A stretch of 64,000 nt of DNA from positions 434,001 to 498,000 of the forward strand of contig NW_026863859.1 in assembly GCF_026571515.1 (NCBI RefSeq), written 5' to 3'. The DNA comes from Ruditapes philippinarum (lineage: Eukaryota). The notes beneath the pieces are model-generated. The model was not told where the DNA came from, did no database searches, and worked only from the letters and a program-made list of their open reading frames with translations. The translations under genes and the position numbers were made by a program. This document shows positions 26,827-40,597 of the stretch, piece by piece (position 1 is the first letter of the stretch; every line of letters begins with the position of its first letter).

Positions 26827-29800
26827 CTATACATAGCAACCACTGGCAAAACGACTACAAAGACTTCTTTGTTTATATACCCAGCAAAATGAACGCCAAC
26901 AGTAACAAGAACTCTGACAGTTGGAATAAAAATAATACAACCATTCATACTCCCCCTTAGTATAGTCAGTAGCGGTCGTTGATATAAAACTTGTAGTAAC
27001 AACCCTAGGCGTTGTTGCTGAAACAATTTCTGTCTTAGAGGAGGGTGTCGACGAGGCTAAAGATGGAGATATAGCACTTGTTGGCGAGACTGAAGATGAT
27101 GTTGAAACTGTTGTCAACAAAACAGAAGATGGTGTTGAAATAGTTGTCGGTAAAAATGACGAGGGTGTTGGAACTATTGTCGAAGAGGTTAAAGATTGTG
27201 GTGAAACAGTTGTCGACGAGGTCAAAGATGGTGTTGAAACAAGTGAGGATGAAGTAATTGGAGCAGATGATGATGAAGACAAAACTGGTTGTTTAATAGA
27301 TGACAAACTTGGCGATAACGTAGTGGTTTGGGACGATGTTATATGTGTTGGCGGTTTACTAGACGTAGATTCCTTGGATAATGACGAAGACGAAGTAGTT
27401 GGTGCTTTTGATTGTGACACTGATGAGAATGATGGAAAGTCTGTCACAGCTTCTGGTATACTATCAACACATTTCCCCTGATAGCACTAATGATATAAAA
27501 AGAAACAAATCAAATTGATATAATTTTCACGAATATAATATTCAGAAATCATTTTATACAGCAAATCTTTAATTAGCCTAGTGTGATTTTTAGATATACA
27601 ATGCTCATCTTTAATTGCAAAATTGTTTATTTAAGTCTGGTCAAGTTGACTTGGTCCTTTCGTTAAAAATATTGCCACTTTTTACCTATAAAGAGTTATC
27701 AAATATTATCGTTTAGCTTAATATATCTATCTCAAAATGAATAAATATATATCATCCAAATTATTTTGATGAAACATGTTGAAACATTAATTCAAGAAGT
27801 ACATAATAGTTTCCTGTTGATTTATATATCAAATTTTGATAACCCAAATTGTTTCCTTGTTTATAGTTATCGAATTCAACATATAGCAAAACATTTTTCT
27901 GGTGATAAGAAACACTTCATGGTTAACATCCTAAATTGAAAATAACATAATGTCGTTGAATAAAATATTAAATGACACCTAATTACTGAACTAAACTATT
28001 TTTTGCTACTGTAACACGGAAGAAATAAATGTTATGGGGTTTGGTGTTGATCTACATGATGAAAAAGACAAAATAGCTATTACCTTTTTAGTTCCCCCAC
28101 AGTTTGAGCCCGGTAATGGATTCTTGTACTCGCAATATCTCCCATCTTTGGAATAGCAAAGAAGTCCTTTCCAGCAGAGTTGCTCAGCAGTAATTTTCTA
28201 CAGTTTAAAAGATATAAAAATGATTATGTTCATTAATGTAAACATAATCTATAGTGTAAACAGTGATTTGGTAATGCTTTATTCAGGCAGGCTAATCACT
28301 TTAGAGTGAGAGGTGAGTTGTCATACACAAATTGTATGATAGACATAAGCTTTAGAGAAAAAACCGCTTAAAGTTGAAAATTAATGTCAGCTATAAAACA
28401 TATTCCCCATTGGTCATTGCAGAAAAAGATTCTTAAATAAACGTATCGCTGGTGATTTCATCTCATAGATTATTGACAAAAAAGTACATAATAAAACGTA
28501 ACACTCTTGTTTTGCTCAAAGATACTTTAGTAAACGTATCATGGGTGATGTTTACTCATGGGTCTTTGGCAAAAATGTACTTAAAGTGACATTGTCCCAA
28601 TCTATGCGTACAGGGAAAAGTAAAAGAGCTTAACATTTTCTCATTATTGTTTTAATATAATTTCTATATTGTACAATGCAAGCATAATCAATAATACACG
28701 TGACTGATGGAAAAGTCCTTCAGAATGAATTTTCTTACATTCAATTAAAAGGAGTGGGGCAGTTTTTTTCACATTTTAGGCAATTTTAATGTTTTATCCT
28801 AACAATTTCATGTTTATTTACTTTTTTTGGTCAATGACCATTATAAAAGTAAATCTTTTGTAATACATATCTATTTAAAATCATCTTGACAACGAAAAAG
28901 ATGGGCATTGTGTCAATTTAAGTAGATGTTTCACCTTTTCAATAGACACATTTACAATCTACAAATGGGTATCTTTAATAAAACATTACTACATAAACTT
29001 CCAAACAAAATTTCTATTATTTACTTCAACGGTGATCTGGTCTATGGAGACCTACCTTACTCTGGCATGACCGTGATCCTTTTCCGTTCAAAAACTCACA
29101 CTGTTCATCCAGAGAATATATTTCCCCAAGATGGGGTGACGTCAGAATTGTATTATACTCGTTGATGTCATAAGAATGACGTTCCAGACAAGTTTTCCCG
29201 TCTTGTGTGTGAATGCTGCGGAAAAAAGTTCATACTTGTTAAGCGATTATTTCAACAGGACTCGTTTATATTTGAATGGAACATGTAATGGAAAACATGA
29301 ACAATATTACATCTATGTTAGAACTGACGTCAAAACTTGCTTCCAACTTCAATATTTATTCATTGCGCAAAAACACGGCACGTTTTATAATATTTTTATG
29401 ACAGAAAAGTATTTTATATATAATATAAAAAATAAACTTTAATGTTGAGACAATTTAGGATCCAAACTATGCGTTATTACAAAATATATTTAAGGCAACA
29501 TACTGTTAAACACGGTATAGAAACTAAAGATAAAAGGGAACTGAACTTACGTTGACATTAAGCGTTCCATCACGGAAATGGAACAATTTGAAAACTGCCA
29601 TGGGTGGTCAGCATCTTCCACCTTGCTAACAAATCCAAGTGTTCCAGCCATAATGTACATTTTGTCATCCGGGCAACTTGTATCTTTGTAGGACTGATCG
29701 TGATTAACTCCCATGCTGTAAAATAGAGGATGTTTTTTTGTAATTTAGGATGTTAGCAGAATCTGATTTAAAGATTTAAAAACCAACACTAAAGAAGGTT

Positions 29801-32800
29801 CAAATGGTGGTCAAAATGCAAGCAAGTAAGAATATGAAGCAAAGCAAATCTGTAGTTTTGTAAACCGTTTTGTCTATAGATAGTACATCAAAGAATGAAT
29901 AATACAGTCTAACTTGCCCATGCGATCACGTGTATTAAGCGACTTTTGTCTTAAACGACCACTTTAAATTCCCCCCGATCATATTCTCTCTATATCTTTA
30001 ATGTATTAAGCGACATTTGCTCAACGTGACCAGCGACCGCTAATCAGTCACCTAATTGACATCAATCTTTTCATTAAACGACCACTTTTACCTTTCAAGT
30101 AGTTGTGTTTTTAAAGAACGCCACCTTGTTATGTCACAAGTGTCAACAATCAAAACACAACAATAAACGTGTGAAAAACTCTATTTCTCATACCGTTTTA
30201 GCGTATGCAAATGGAGACAAGTATACGCGTGACGTGTATTATCCAATAATATCGGATAAACAATGCAACGCTCCGCGCATCCTGAGATGGTGTATACGCT
30301 TCGCTTGTTCACATTTAGACTGCATTGAATTGACCTTGAACTTGATCAGCCATTAAATTAATCGTAACAAATAGATGTAGTTTGTTTATTTCAAATGAAA
30401 AAATGCACAACAGAAAACATCTTCACTAATAGGGTTTTTGTGTTGGAGACGAGGAAAAACAACGGAGAAGTTAAAAAATTCTGGAAAAAATGTCAAACAT
30501 GTTCGTAATGGATCAAAACTGTTTTGTCAATAAATATCAGAAAGTTATTTTTTATGCATCCATTTAGATTATCGGAGCGTACTAATATTATTCAACATTT
30601 ATATAAAAATGAAGTTGAAAAACAATCTCACTGAATAAAATAGATGTCATTTATAAATTTTGACTTTTATATCATGCTGTCTGTCTTAAGAGACCATTTC
30701 ATTAAGCGACCATTTTGGGTATTTCCCTTGCCCGGTCGCTTAATACACGTTTGACTGTATATTGCTTTGTTTAAGTCATTTGACTTTTTATATACGGGTG
30801 TACTGTCAAAAAGTTTCCGTGACAATTTATTTTGGACAAATGAATGTTATGGTTATTTGTCTCACACTGCTGATTCAGAAGTCATGTAGGATTAGGTTTC
30901 AGTGATTTGCTGAATCATTTGTAAGTTATCCAGGATAGTCACTTTGGTAGACTGACCGGTAAGATATGACCAAAATGTGTTAAACAGATAAATAAACACA
31001 CGTATTGCATGACAAAAGCGGTAAGGAGGATGAAGACAAAAATTATCTCGAAGCAAGGCGCTTAAATATTCATAGATCCTTACTTATGAGCCAATTCGTG
31101 TGTTGTCGAGGCCGATGCATCACCAGAACGGAACACTTCATTCAAGGAAACTGCATTGCTTGAACATAATCCGGAAACTGGTTGCTTTTCCTTATTTAAA
31201 GGAAATCTTGCTATACCTATAATAAATGAATGTTAAGTTTCGTCTTTGGTTTGCTGATTGCATGCAACATTTTCTTCGAACAAACTTACATGTTGACTAG
31301 CGGGCGACAAATGAATCGAAGTCTTACTAAGGTAAATTGCTAAAACATTTACAGTAAAGAAAATTGATTAATAATATAAGGGCTTTTGTACCTTGAATAA
31401 TAATGATGATAGTATTTCGATAAATAATAACAAAAAACTACGATCGATTTATATATGGATGTTGCTGGTAAGTGTGAGATACATAATTCGATAAGACATC
31501 TTTTATACAGCGGAATAATAAATTGTCCTTATTGCCTAAATATTATAATTCATCATATAAATGCTCATACTAAAATTACGAAGCAGTCTATCAATATGTT
31601 TTTTTCCAAAGAGTATTTTGTTAGAATATTCAAATGATACATTTTTATTGCATTTAACCAACATCAATACTTTCAATATCTAATGGTAACTGCGTCCATG
31701 GTAGACCACTTCACTAGAACAACAGTCCATTTTATAAAGGATTATTTGCAATGCACAGTATAAGTTTGAATGATATTGGTTGAATCTTAATTTGAAACAA
31801 CACAGACCAAGATCCAAATCAGGAATCTCCCGCTGGATTCAAGTTCAAGCGAAATAAGATTTTATTTAAAGCTTTTTAATCTAGAGTTTTCCATACCAAC
31901 TGTCTGATTCCATGATCTTAGTCCATAGCTCCACATATCTCGTCTGAAATGATAAATATACAAAGGATAATCTGCATGGTTTTAGTAATCTTTTATGCAT
32001 TGTACACAGTAAACTCCACTTATCGCTTATTATGATATATCGCTTAACACTATGATGTTACCGCGGTCCCGACTCATATTCTCATTTACCAAAATTACAT
32101 TTGAAACGGAGGAGTCTCCCCGAGGACTCTTCAAAATTTGAAATAGTCTAGTTATAAATTAGATATTTCAGGATTTTATTACACATTCTTTTATAATACA
32201 TGGTGTAATTAGCTATAGACCAAAAAACAACACTTTATACTATTTTAAAATACTTGATTGTTTCATACCTTGAGAAGCACACGAGTGCGTCTGCATGAAG
32301 GTCCCTGTTTACCTTTGCCCAAGTATACAAGTCAGCCAGAGCCTTGTCAGCGTTATAAGCCTCATCACCATTATCGGCCACGTACACTATATTATCTGTT
32401 ATCCAACTTGCTTTCGATTTATCCTGCAATTAAATTATGTTAACATCTACCTTTTTGGTCTGCTTCATTTTGCTCATAAACATGTGTACATTACCACGCA
32501 TATTTAAGATCAAAAATCTGATAAGCATTGTATGGAGCTCTTAGAGAAAACAATATTTTAGCATTTTACGTATCAAACTATAGTCAGGTATGTACGAATG
32601 TGTAAATAAGATGTATACATTTTGAATAATATCAATGGGACGTTCGAGGCCGAGTGGTTAAGGTCGTTGACTTCAAACCACTTGCTCCGCATTTCTGTGG
32701 GTTCGAATCTAGACAGGGACTTTGGATTCGTTCGTGTTAGGAAGCTATTCAGCTAGCTTACGGAACGTCAAAGTCGCCATATGACCTTAACAATGTTGGT

Positions 32801-35800
32801 GTTACGGTGAACTAAACCAAAAAGTGAAAAGATGCACTTGAAACAATAAATATGTGTACCGTTATAGATATAGGTATGATAAGTTAATGAAAAAGCGTCT
32901 CGTAACTAAATTGAAACAATAAATTGTATATTATAATTATTTATTGTCCATGTAACTTTAGAAAGAGAAAATACACGGATATTTTATCATATTTACTTGT
33001 ATAACTGTTATGATAATAGGGACAACGTCTACACTCATGGTCGGCGTTGATGCGCTAGCGAATCTTAAATCCATCTGTAAACATAGAATGGTGCACATAT
33101 ATCACCAACAGACCAATTAGCTATAATAATTAAGCAAACTATTGTCACTTATTGTACAGGGTGTTTCATAATATCTGTCCTTGAAAAAAATTATTGTGAC
33201 TTATTGTAAATGATATTTCAATAATTTATACAGCAAGTCCAAGGTAATTAGTTTTTATAAATCTCCCTTACATCATTTTCCTTCATCAACATTGTCCTTA
33301 AAGGTAAAACATTTCCACCACATACGTTTCCCAGGATTAATCAGCTATCCTAATTTGTAATTAATTTTATTTTCGTAGCTTTAAAACTTAGATAATAATT
33401 ATAATGATAAATAAAGCTTCTATTAATTGTTAATCTTTAAACTGAAATATTCACTTTAAGTTTATTGATTTTAACTCTAAAGAAAAGTAGTGTTGTGTGT
33501 ATATACTATTGTAACTGATTTGTAATATAAAATGTGATGACGTTAATATAAACCGTGCAATATCATATAATTATACGCACCATGTTAGCAATTTGTTCAA
33601 AATATTCTTCAATCTTTTCTAATGCTGCGTCTCTATTGTTTGCCATTTTTGAGAGCCAACTGAAGAATAGCAAGTTGTGCAAAGAAACATAATACAGTTT
33701 AAAGCCTATAATATAATGACGGAAACAGTGAGTAAGATGTTTATTCATTGGATCTACTTTAACGGTAACATTCTCAACAGCTCAGCAGACAAAAACGGAC
33801 GGGATACCAACAATAATTTTATTAAAAAAATCTAACAACACAAACAAACTATCACTATTTGTAAAATGAGAAGCTCCCACTAGTTTTATGTTTAAATGTA
33901 TGGTTAAGTGTAATGGACATTAATTTCTCGAATATATGTAATAACAAACTGAAATATTTATCTAAAACTTGTTCTGCTCAGTTCTGTATAGTGATTGATA
34001 AGGTTAAGGTTTGAGGAAATACTGGTTAACTATGAATATAATAAAAAGTTGCTGAATCACATTTCATCACGTACAAATCATAAATATCATCCGCAATAAG
34101 CATTTCCAACTCAATTTTATAGTGCTTCTTTGTTGTTTCTCGTTTATATTTTTGTTGGTTATACCACTGTTGTTGATGTTGTTTAGATATTTGTGACAGT
34201 ATATTAATAAGGTGACTCCTCGGGGAAGCTGAGTTGAATCTCGTTTTGACCCCCTCATCTAAACCTGAAAACAATATGTAAGAATTCTTTACAGAAATTG
34301 AAACAAAGTATTGAAAGCACAATGTTATAGAGAATTTGTAAAGAAAAGAAATAAATACAAGGTTAAAGTTTATAAGTAATTCATAATTGAGTCCTTATTT
34401 TAGAACGGATGTCTTATTTTTATATGGACTGTTAGAAACTCTTCGCAGACAGACAAAATGGTGTGCATCTTTTAATTACAACATCTCTCCAAACTGAACA
34501 AAGCATTCTGTATTGGCTTACCCAGTTTGTATAAATATTTAGAATTATGAACACAAAATGTGATCATATGATATATCTTTGCACAAATGTCGGGCAAAGG
34601 ATCCTCTTATTTTTCATAATTGATACCCCCCCCCCCCGTCCAAAAAAAAATAGACTAAATAGTGCACGATATACTGTTTGCTATAAATGTAAACATATCA
34701 TGGTTAATAAACGTGTTGTATATATACGTCCTCTAACAAGATGGCGTAAACCTTTCACACGGGACACATCCGACAGACGTTTGGAAATTTTAGTAAAATG
34801 TGGGAGTGGAAGGGTATGCTCTATCGTATAATCGCCAACGCCCCTGTTTATAAAGGCAGTCATATTTTTAGATTTATGTTATATAAGGGATCAGGTAACA
34901 TAATTTATAAATTCTAACCTGTAACTGCTTTTATTATGTCGTGATCATAAGAGTGTACGTTTCCGCTTGGTGGCACTATATATACGGTGTGTGGAACGCT
35001 TGACAGTGTGTGCGCAATGTTCACATCTGGGTCGATTAGGTACTCCAAACCATGATGATAAAAGCTTCCAGCCTATTTAAAGAAGATTGAAATGTTAATG
35101 AAGCAAACCATGGCTGATTTGTGTCATGTCGTATTTTCGCTCCGTGGGACGCCGGACAAAAACACGAAAATACGACAATCAGCTTTGGTCGTACATTCGC
35201 TCTGTGGGGCTCAAGATGAAAACACGATAATACGACAAAGTAACCATTTTGTCGGGTTTTTTTTTCTCGTGATTTCGCCTTTGCTTTGTTTGGCGCGAGA
35301 CGAAAGCACGAACAAAAAGACCAAGTCAAGACGTATTTATTTTGGAATTTTCGTGTTTTTGTCTTGCACCCGCAATGCAAAATGACACAAATTAGACGCA
35401 GTAAAGATAAACATGTATATTTAAAAAACAGTTCATATTCCAAAAAAATTAATGAAACTGATAAAACTTTGTTAAGATTTAGATTTATTTCGATTCTGAG
35501 CTGCAAAATATTCTGCTTAATTCCTACCAATTTGAAAATATCTGACAATGTTTTAAAGTTTTTATATGAGAAAAATGTGTGAACTAAAGAAAGGAAAAAG
35601 AAACAAAATAAAAACTGTTTAATCTTAAAGTAAATAAGTTTACATAAACGATAACTTGGCTTGCGCAATTCCTTTAAAGCAGATATTAATGAATATGTTA
35701 CTAGAATATCTTAGTATTACGTATTTATATTATGGACAAACGAACTATTAAATTTCCGCAATATTTACACAACTTACAATATAGCATGGACTTCTGAAAT

Positions 35801-37885
35801 GCTCACACCTCACCATAATAGCAGCTCCATGGCCATCCCCTACCACCTGATAAAATCTGTAGTCCTGTAAAAATTAAAGACCCTGTAACGCATGTTATGG
35901 TTTTATATCATAAATCTTTTGCTCAAATGAAAATTTATTAAATCAGAAGTTAAAAAAAAACATTATTTGTAAAGATATTACCAACAGTGAACATTTCATG
36001 TAAATAATGGGAATTTATAAGAAATTTATTTTTATTTTTAGTTAATAATGAATGCATTAATTGCAAAGTTTAATTATAATGTTTATAAACATTTACTTTA
36101 CATATTTAACATATTATTAGATGATGGAAATTGTTTTAGAAGAATACTTATATACATATATACAGCATCAGTTAATTGTACGTTACATCCTTAATTACAA
36201 CTTACAGGATTTTGATATGCCAAAGAAATTAGTGCTTCTAACATTTAACCATCGCATCGTAAGCAGGCATTTACTTATTTAAACGTAGTGGCGGGCTATT
36301 TTGATTTTTGAACTTAAAAAACGATTTATAAACGATTTATAAAGCTAACACTTGGTACTGTTGCCACTTTGGACGGTCACTTTTTATGTTCCTTTTCGTA
36401 GTAAACGTTGGGGTTTTTAAACCTGATAGAGTTATATCGCGTCGCAATCTGTTGTATTTCCCTTACTGTAATTCCTGTAATTACTATATAACCTATAGAG
36501 AGTCAACACTTTGCAAATTGAAAGTATAAATAAATAAATGTGCCAGCTGTTGGTTGATAAAATTATATTTGTTTATTTATATATATGTATCATCTTTAAT
36601 CTAGATACTACATTTTATCACAGTGCTTTAGGCAGTCACTCTTCACCCTGTTAACAAATATATCTTTATTGACCATGTCTTTTCTTACCTTCCTGATTTA
36701 TATATATACTGATAACAAGAGTACGGTGAAAAGGTCAACTACAATCAGATATAGCGACGCGATCAGCTTCAATAATGTCAATAGTTGATTTGCTTCTGTT
36801 GTTGCCTCGGACTATTTCATATTTACAGTGTTCAGTTTAAACAATACTTTATTCTAATTAAACATATCTACGCAATATAATTACAATCAAATGTAAAAAG
36901 GATTGAGTAGAAAGCTACAAGCTTTTTTTAGAAACTCTGTCCTTAATTATGTGCAGTATTTATACATAAATATGTAAGATTTATACATGTATATGAGAAT
37001 TTAACTTCAACAGAAAATTTGTTCTATGGTACCATATTTTTGTTGTCTTTTTTAAACAAAGTTTTGCCAGGTCTCTAAAGTATATTTCCACTTGAAACAT
37101 ATGCCAGTTTATCTACGTTTCAAATAAAATGTGAAATCTTACTTTACCTTGTAATCATGCAAGATGAAAAAAGTAAGAGTTGCATAGTGTAAACTGTCAT
37201 TCTTTAATGGAAGGATTAAATTATAGATTACCTTTGGTTTTGTACTGTCAAAAAACTCCGTTCCAGCTTCTGTCAACACCTTGACTAACACTTTGCCAAT
37301 TTGTCGCTTGTTTAATTCAACATGCAGTGAAATGACATCACCATTTGCAAGTGTAACGTCAAAGTTCATAAACTCTGTAAATATGTTGTAACGCCCCTCG
37401 TCTGAACTCCGTCCTGTCCTGCCATGTTCATTGCTTATATGCGTAACGGTAGCTTCTGAAATGTAATGGTGATCAAAGTTGGTGTATCTTGCTATCTGTA
37501 TTTTTCTGCCAAAATAGACTATATACAAGGTCATTCAAAGCAACAATTTTGATATATAATGTTTTCCCTCCCAAAGTACTGCAAGCGACTATTCAATATA
37601 CTGTACAATAACGCTTAATTCATTATTCAAACGAAGCGCTATTGTAAGAATGAATTTCATATAGTCAATTAATGGTTTCTGTGATTCATTAACATTAAAA
37701 CGCGATAAAAAAGGAAAAGTGAAAAACATCAAACTACAGAGATAAATAGAAAATGTCACTACAAGTATATTTTACAATATTTCACTTCAATAAGATTAGC
37801 ACTTACTTTTTCCATTTTGAAGATGAGAGTAGTATTGTCCAGCATCCGCATAAAATATATACAATGATAAAAATAAAGCTAGCAT
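26827..37885 (-). CDS. Secreted reprolysin-family (M12B, ADAM/ADAMTS-like) zinc metalloprotease: signal peptide, prodomain, catalytic domain, Cys-rich domain, Ser/Thr-rich stalk and 6-Cys tail
   Basis: Exons 5'->3': 37885-37807 (MLALFLSLYIFYADAG.. signal), 37455-37232, 35864-35778 (DYRFYQ..GAAIMVRC), ~34843-34728/34675 (frame problem), 34264-34075 (KYKR|ETTKKHYKIELEMLIAD), 33659-33581, 33074-32997, 32423-32269, 31943-31897, 31216-31084 (..TTHELAH), 29715-29551 (NMGVNHD..CPDDKMYIM..WQFSNCS), 29215-29056 (CL..LGEIYSLDEQC), 28197-28084 (PLPGSNCGGTKK), 27486-26827 (CYQGKCV plus S/T/P tract). All junctions are GT-AG and phase-compatible except exon 4. The HExxHxxGxxHD motif and Met-turn are intact. 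Confidence 0.9.
28581..28921. mobile_element. TTAA-flanked MITE (Kolobok-like) in a metalloprotease intron
   Basis: Imperfect TIRs ttaaagtgacattgtcccaatc and gatgggcattgtgtcaatttaa. Confidence 0.55.
29905..30757. mobile_element. Tc1/mariner-pogo type non-autonomous element with TA TSD
   Basis: TA|cagtctaac..cgtgtattaagcgac at the left end, gtcgcttaatacacgtttgactg|TA at the right end, and internal repeats of ttaa(g/a)cgacc. Confidence 0.75.
32637..32820 (+). mobile_element. tRNA-derived SINE, internally deleted; same family at 45590-45750 (+) and ~53020-53190 (-), with fragments at ~2270, 7120 and 9800
   Basis: A box ggccgagtggttaagg, B box gggttcgaatc, shared core gaagctat(t/c)cagctagcttacggaacgtc and tail gtcgccatatgacc. 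Confidence 0.8.
35107..35403. mobile_element. Degenerate MITE rich in cgaca/ttgtc motifs, probably related to the 60887-61320 element
   Basis: Imperfect TIRs ctgatttgtgtca and tgacacaaattag; GC-richer than the flanking intron. Confidence 0.55.
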
Positions 37886-39153
37886 TACAAACCAATCCAA
37901 CTATTAATAAAAATAAATAAGCAATCAAGTACTACAGTTAAATCACTTTATACTTTTTAGCGATTATTATTATTCTGTTTTATTCTTTTGTTCTGTTTTT
38001 CGTTAAATTCTTTTCTTCACTTTTATCAATAGCTAAGTCACGCTATATTTAACTTTTGGAGCAACTCAGTCTTAAATAATATGCTTTTCTGCCTTGAAAA
38101 CAAACTAAGTAGCTTTAATTCACAATTCACAATTTTTAATAAAAAATATCGCCTTATTTACATCAACCGATGAATTTGTCCGTGTACTACAAATGAAATA
38201 GTATCATTTATGGTGTATTTTTACTAGTTAGTGCTATCCATTCATGCATCATTTGTCAATACATAACAAAAGAGTGGTGGTAAAAATCACACCCGGAGTT
38301 ATACCATAGGATAGGTAAAATTAACGAGGAGGACTAACGTAGATTTTATCAACAATAAAACGATATAAAAATGTATTTATTTTCATGTACTTTTATCTAA
38401 ACTCTTATCTGACTCATGAAAATTAATATCTTAAATTGAAATACCAAAAGAGGAATAGAATGTAAATAAGATGCTTAATAATTGAATCATAACATGCCCT
38501 TATATGACCCTGCCAAATGTTTGACTCACAGTATTGCTTACGGCATTTAACCGTTACCAATAAGGTTGTCTTTTAATTCTAAGTTTAAAAAGAAACGTTA
38601 GCATAGTGGTCAATGCATCTGCGTCTCAACCAAGGGATCGTGTGTTCGAGTCCATGTAAGGTTCACAACAATGATTGTCAAATGCCACCAGTTTTGGTTA
38701 GTTCACTGATGTGGATCCAAGAGTGGTTCAAATAATATATGACCTTTCTTCACAAAAGATCATAAAATTTATGTTAAACTTATACTGACTTAAATATTCT
38801 GAATGTTTTAATTGAGGTTGCATACTACACTTAAGTGAAATTATATATATGTATATATTATTATGCTTATAAAACAATTTTCAAACATCGAAGAAAATGT
38901 AAAATATGTACTGCATATATTTGTACACATTATATGTAATCATTAAAAAATATGCATTAATTTCTTATTGAAAAATTTGTCTTAGATTTTATAGAAAATA
39001 ATTTTTTTATTACATCCCTTTATTTACATGAAATGTTAAATTCGGTAATATCTTTACTAATAATGCTTTTTGGAACTTACAAAATTGATAAATCATAATT
39101 TGAGCATCATATTTATGATATAAAACCATAAAAAATGTGTTACAGGATCTTTA
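35874..39153. repeat. Inverted pair of ~150-bp repeats (35874-36030 and 39000-39153) bracketing exons 1-2 and the upstream region of the metalloprotease
   Basis: ttaaagaccctgtaac..ttatggttttatatcataaat..gtaaagatattacc..aacatttcatgtaaataa matches the reverse complement of 39000-39153. Confidence 0.75.
38598..38780 (+). mobile_element. Degenerate tRNA-derived SINE of a second family; fragment also at ~15880-15980
   Basis: tagcatagtggtcaatgc (A box), gtgttcgagtcc (B box), followed by a caccagt..ggtt core. Confidence 0.6.
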
Positions 39154-40597
39154 AAAAGACAATTTGACCATCTGAGTGTAACAGTAAATGGTGAGAGTAC
39201 AGGTAAGTAAAACATACTTTTCATTTTGCCAAAATTGTTTTAAATTTTGTATTCTTCTTCGCAATAATAATTAATAGCCCACGGGACTCTAAAAATATCC
39301 TTCAGAATGCTTCTGTAAAGTTCAATTGATAAACAACGGGTTGTCTGTTTATATATTTTATGAAGTGTTTTATATTTTATCCTCATCATTTTTGTAATGA
39401 CTTTTTGGTCATCGGGCATTAAAGAAGTCAATCTTTTGAAATATGCATGTATATGTATGACTAATAAAGCTTGTCCCGACAACGATTAATGTATAACTAA
39501 TTAAGCTTGATCCGACAGCTATAATAAGAGTATTATGATGCTTTAATAACAGTACATTACTGAATATTCTAGTGTCCGATTTCTGCGGCATTCACTTTAA
39601 TTTAATATCACAATCACAATAACATTGAAATGGCCTCTTACGCATTTAAACTCGTTAATTTGACCTCATCAAGTCCCTCATATTATGCCAAGCAACGTTT
39701 GAAAACGCTCTTACGATTTGTTTTATTTTTGATAAAATATTATGTAAATATTTGGGACATGATTATCATAACTATACGTTTGGATACAGTCAGCATGGTT
39801 TGATAGTTGAGATATATAGTTTTCCCCACAAATAGGATAGCGTGGCCAGATACCCGCATAACAAGATAATAGATGATTATATCATATAAAAATTTCATAT
39901 AATACGTTGTACTTTATGGGGTTTATTGACTGTTTTGCAAAATATTTGATGAATAATATCATTGATAAACGTTTGTATTTAATTAAGAAACATTTTCATG
40001 TTATATGGTATATGTCTTGTTTATCCAATAAATCATTTATAAATTATAAATTCATTATTGCAAACATTAGGTTGGCAGAGAAAAAAATCTGAAAAATAAA
40101 AACCTAAGGAAAAAAATGTTCCAAAGTGAAGTTTTTCTTCTGTGTAATAAAGTAAATAACGTGTAGCTTTGTAACATCCAAAATATTAACCCTCGTAAAA
40201 ATAATGTTACTCGAGGCGTTGGCCGAGTATTGTACTCTGGATAATATATTTACTGTTACTCACAAACCTATGTGCTATTTATATACGGTAACCATTTATT
40301 CTCATTAGACTTTACATTTTGGCCGAGCAGGATTTAGAATTATCGTGATATATATATATATAGAAAATAGTGACAAAGCCATCTGTTTTAAATACACGGT
40401 GATAATTAAAAGTGGAATTTCGGCCAGTGTTTGATGACGTATATAGGTCCATTTTAGCCTCTTGAAATTCCGGCATGTTCCGATGTTCCGTCTCACTCCG
40501 TGTCTTATGTATATCTTGGCAATTCAACGCAACACTTTAAAAGTAATTGTCAGATCCGGGAAGTTAAGAGGTTGGCCGAATTTATCCCAGCTTTTAA

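Noticed and set aside
35036-35668. 210-aa minus-strand ORF and overlapping ORFs
   Set aside because: They lie in a metalloprotease intron over a MITE and have no protein-like features.
39146-39202. Exon-like segment ttacag|...|gtaagt as the first exon of the inhibitor gene
   Set aside because: The acceptor is part of a repeat terminus and a complete signal-peptide exon exists at 42358. At most this is a non-coding exon.
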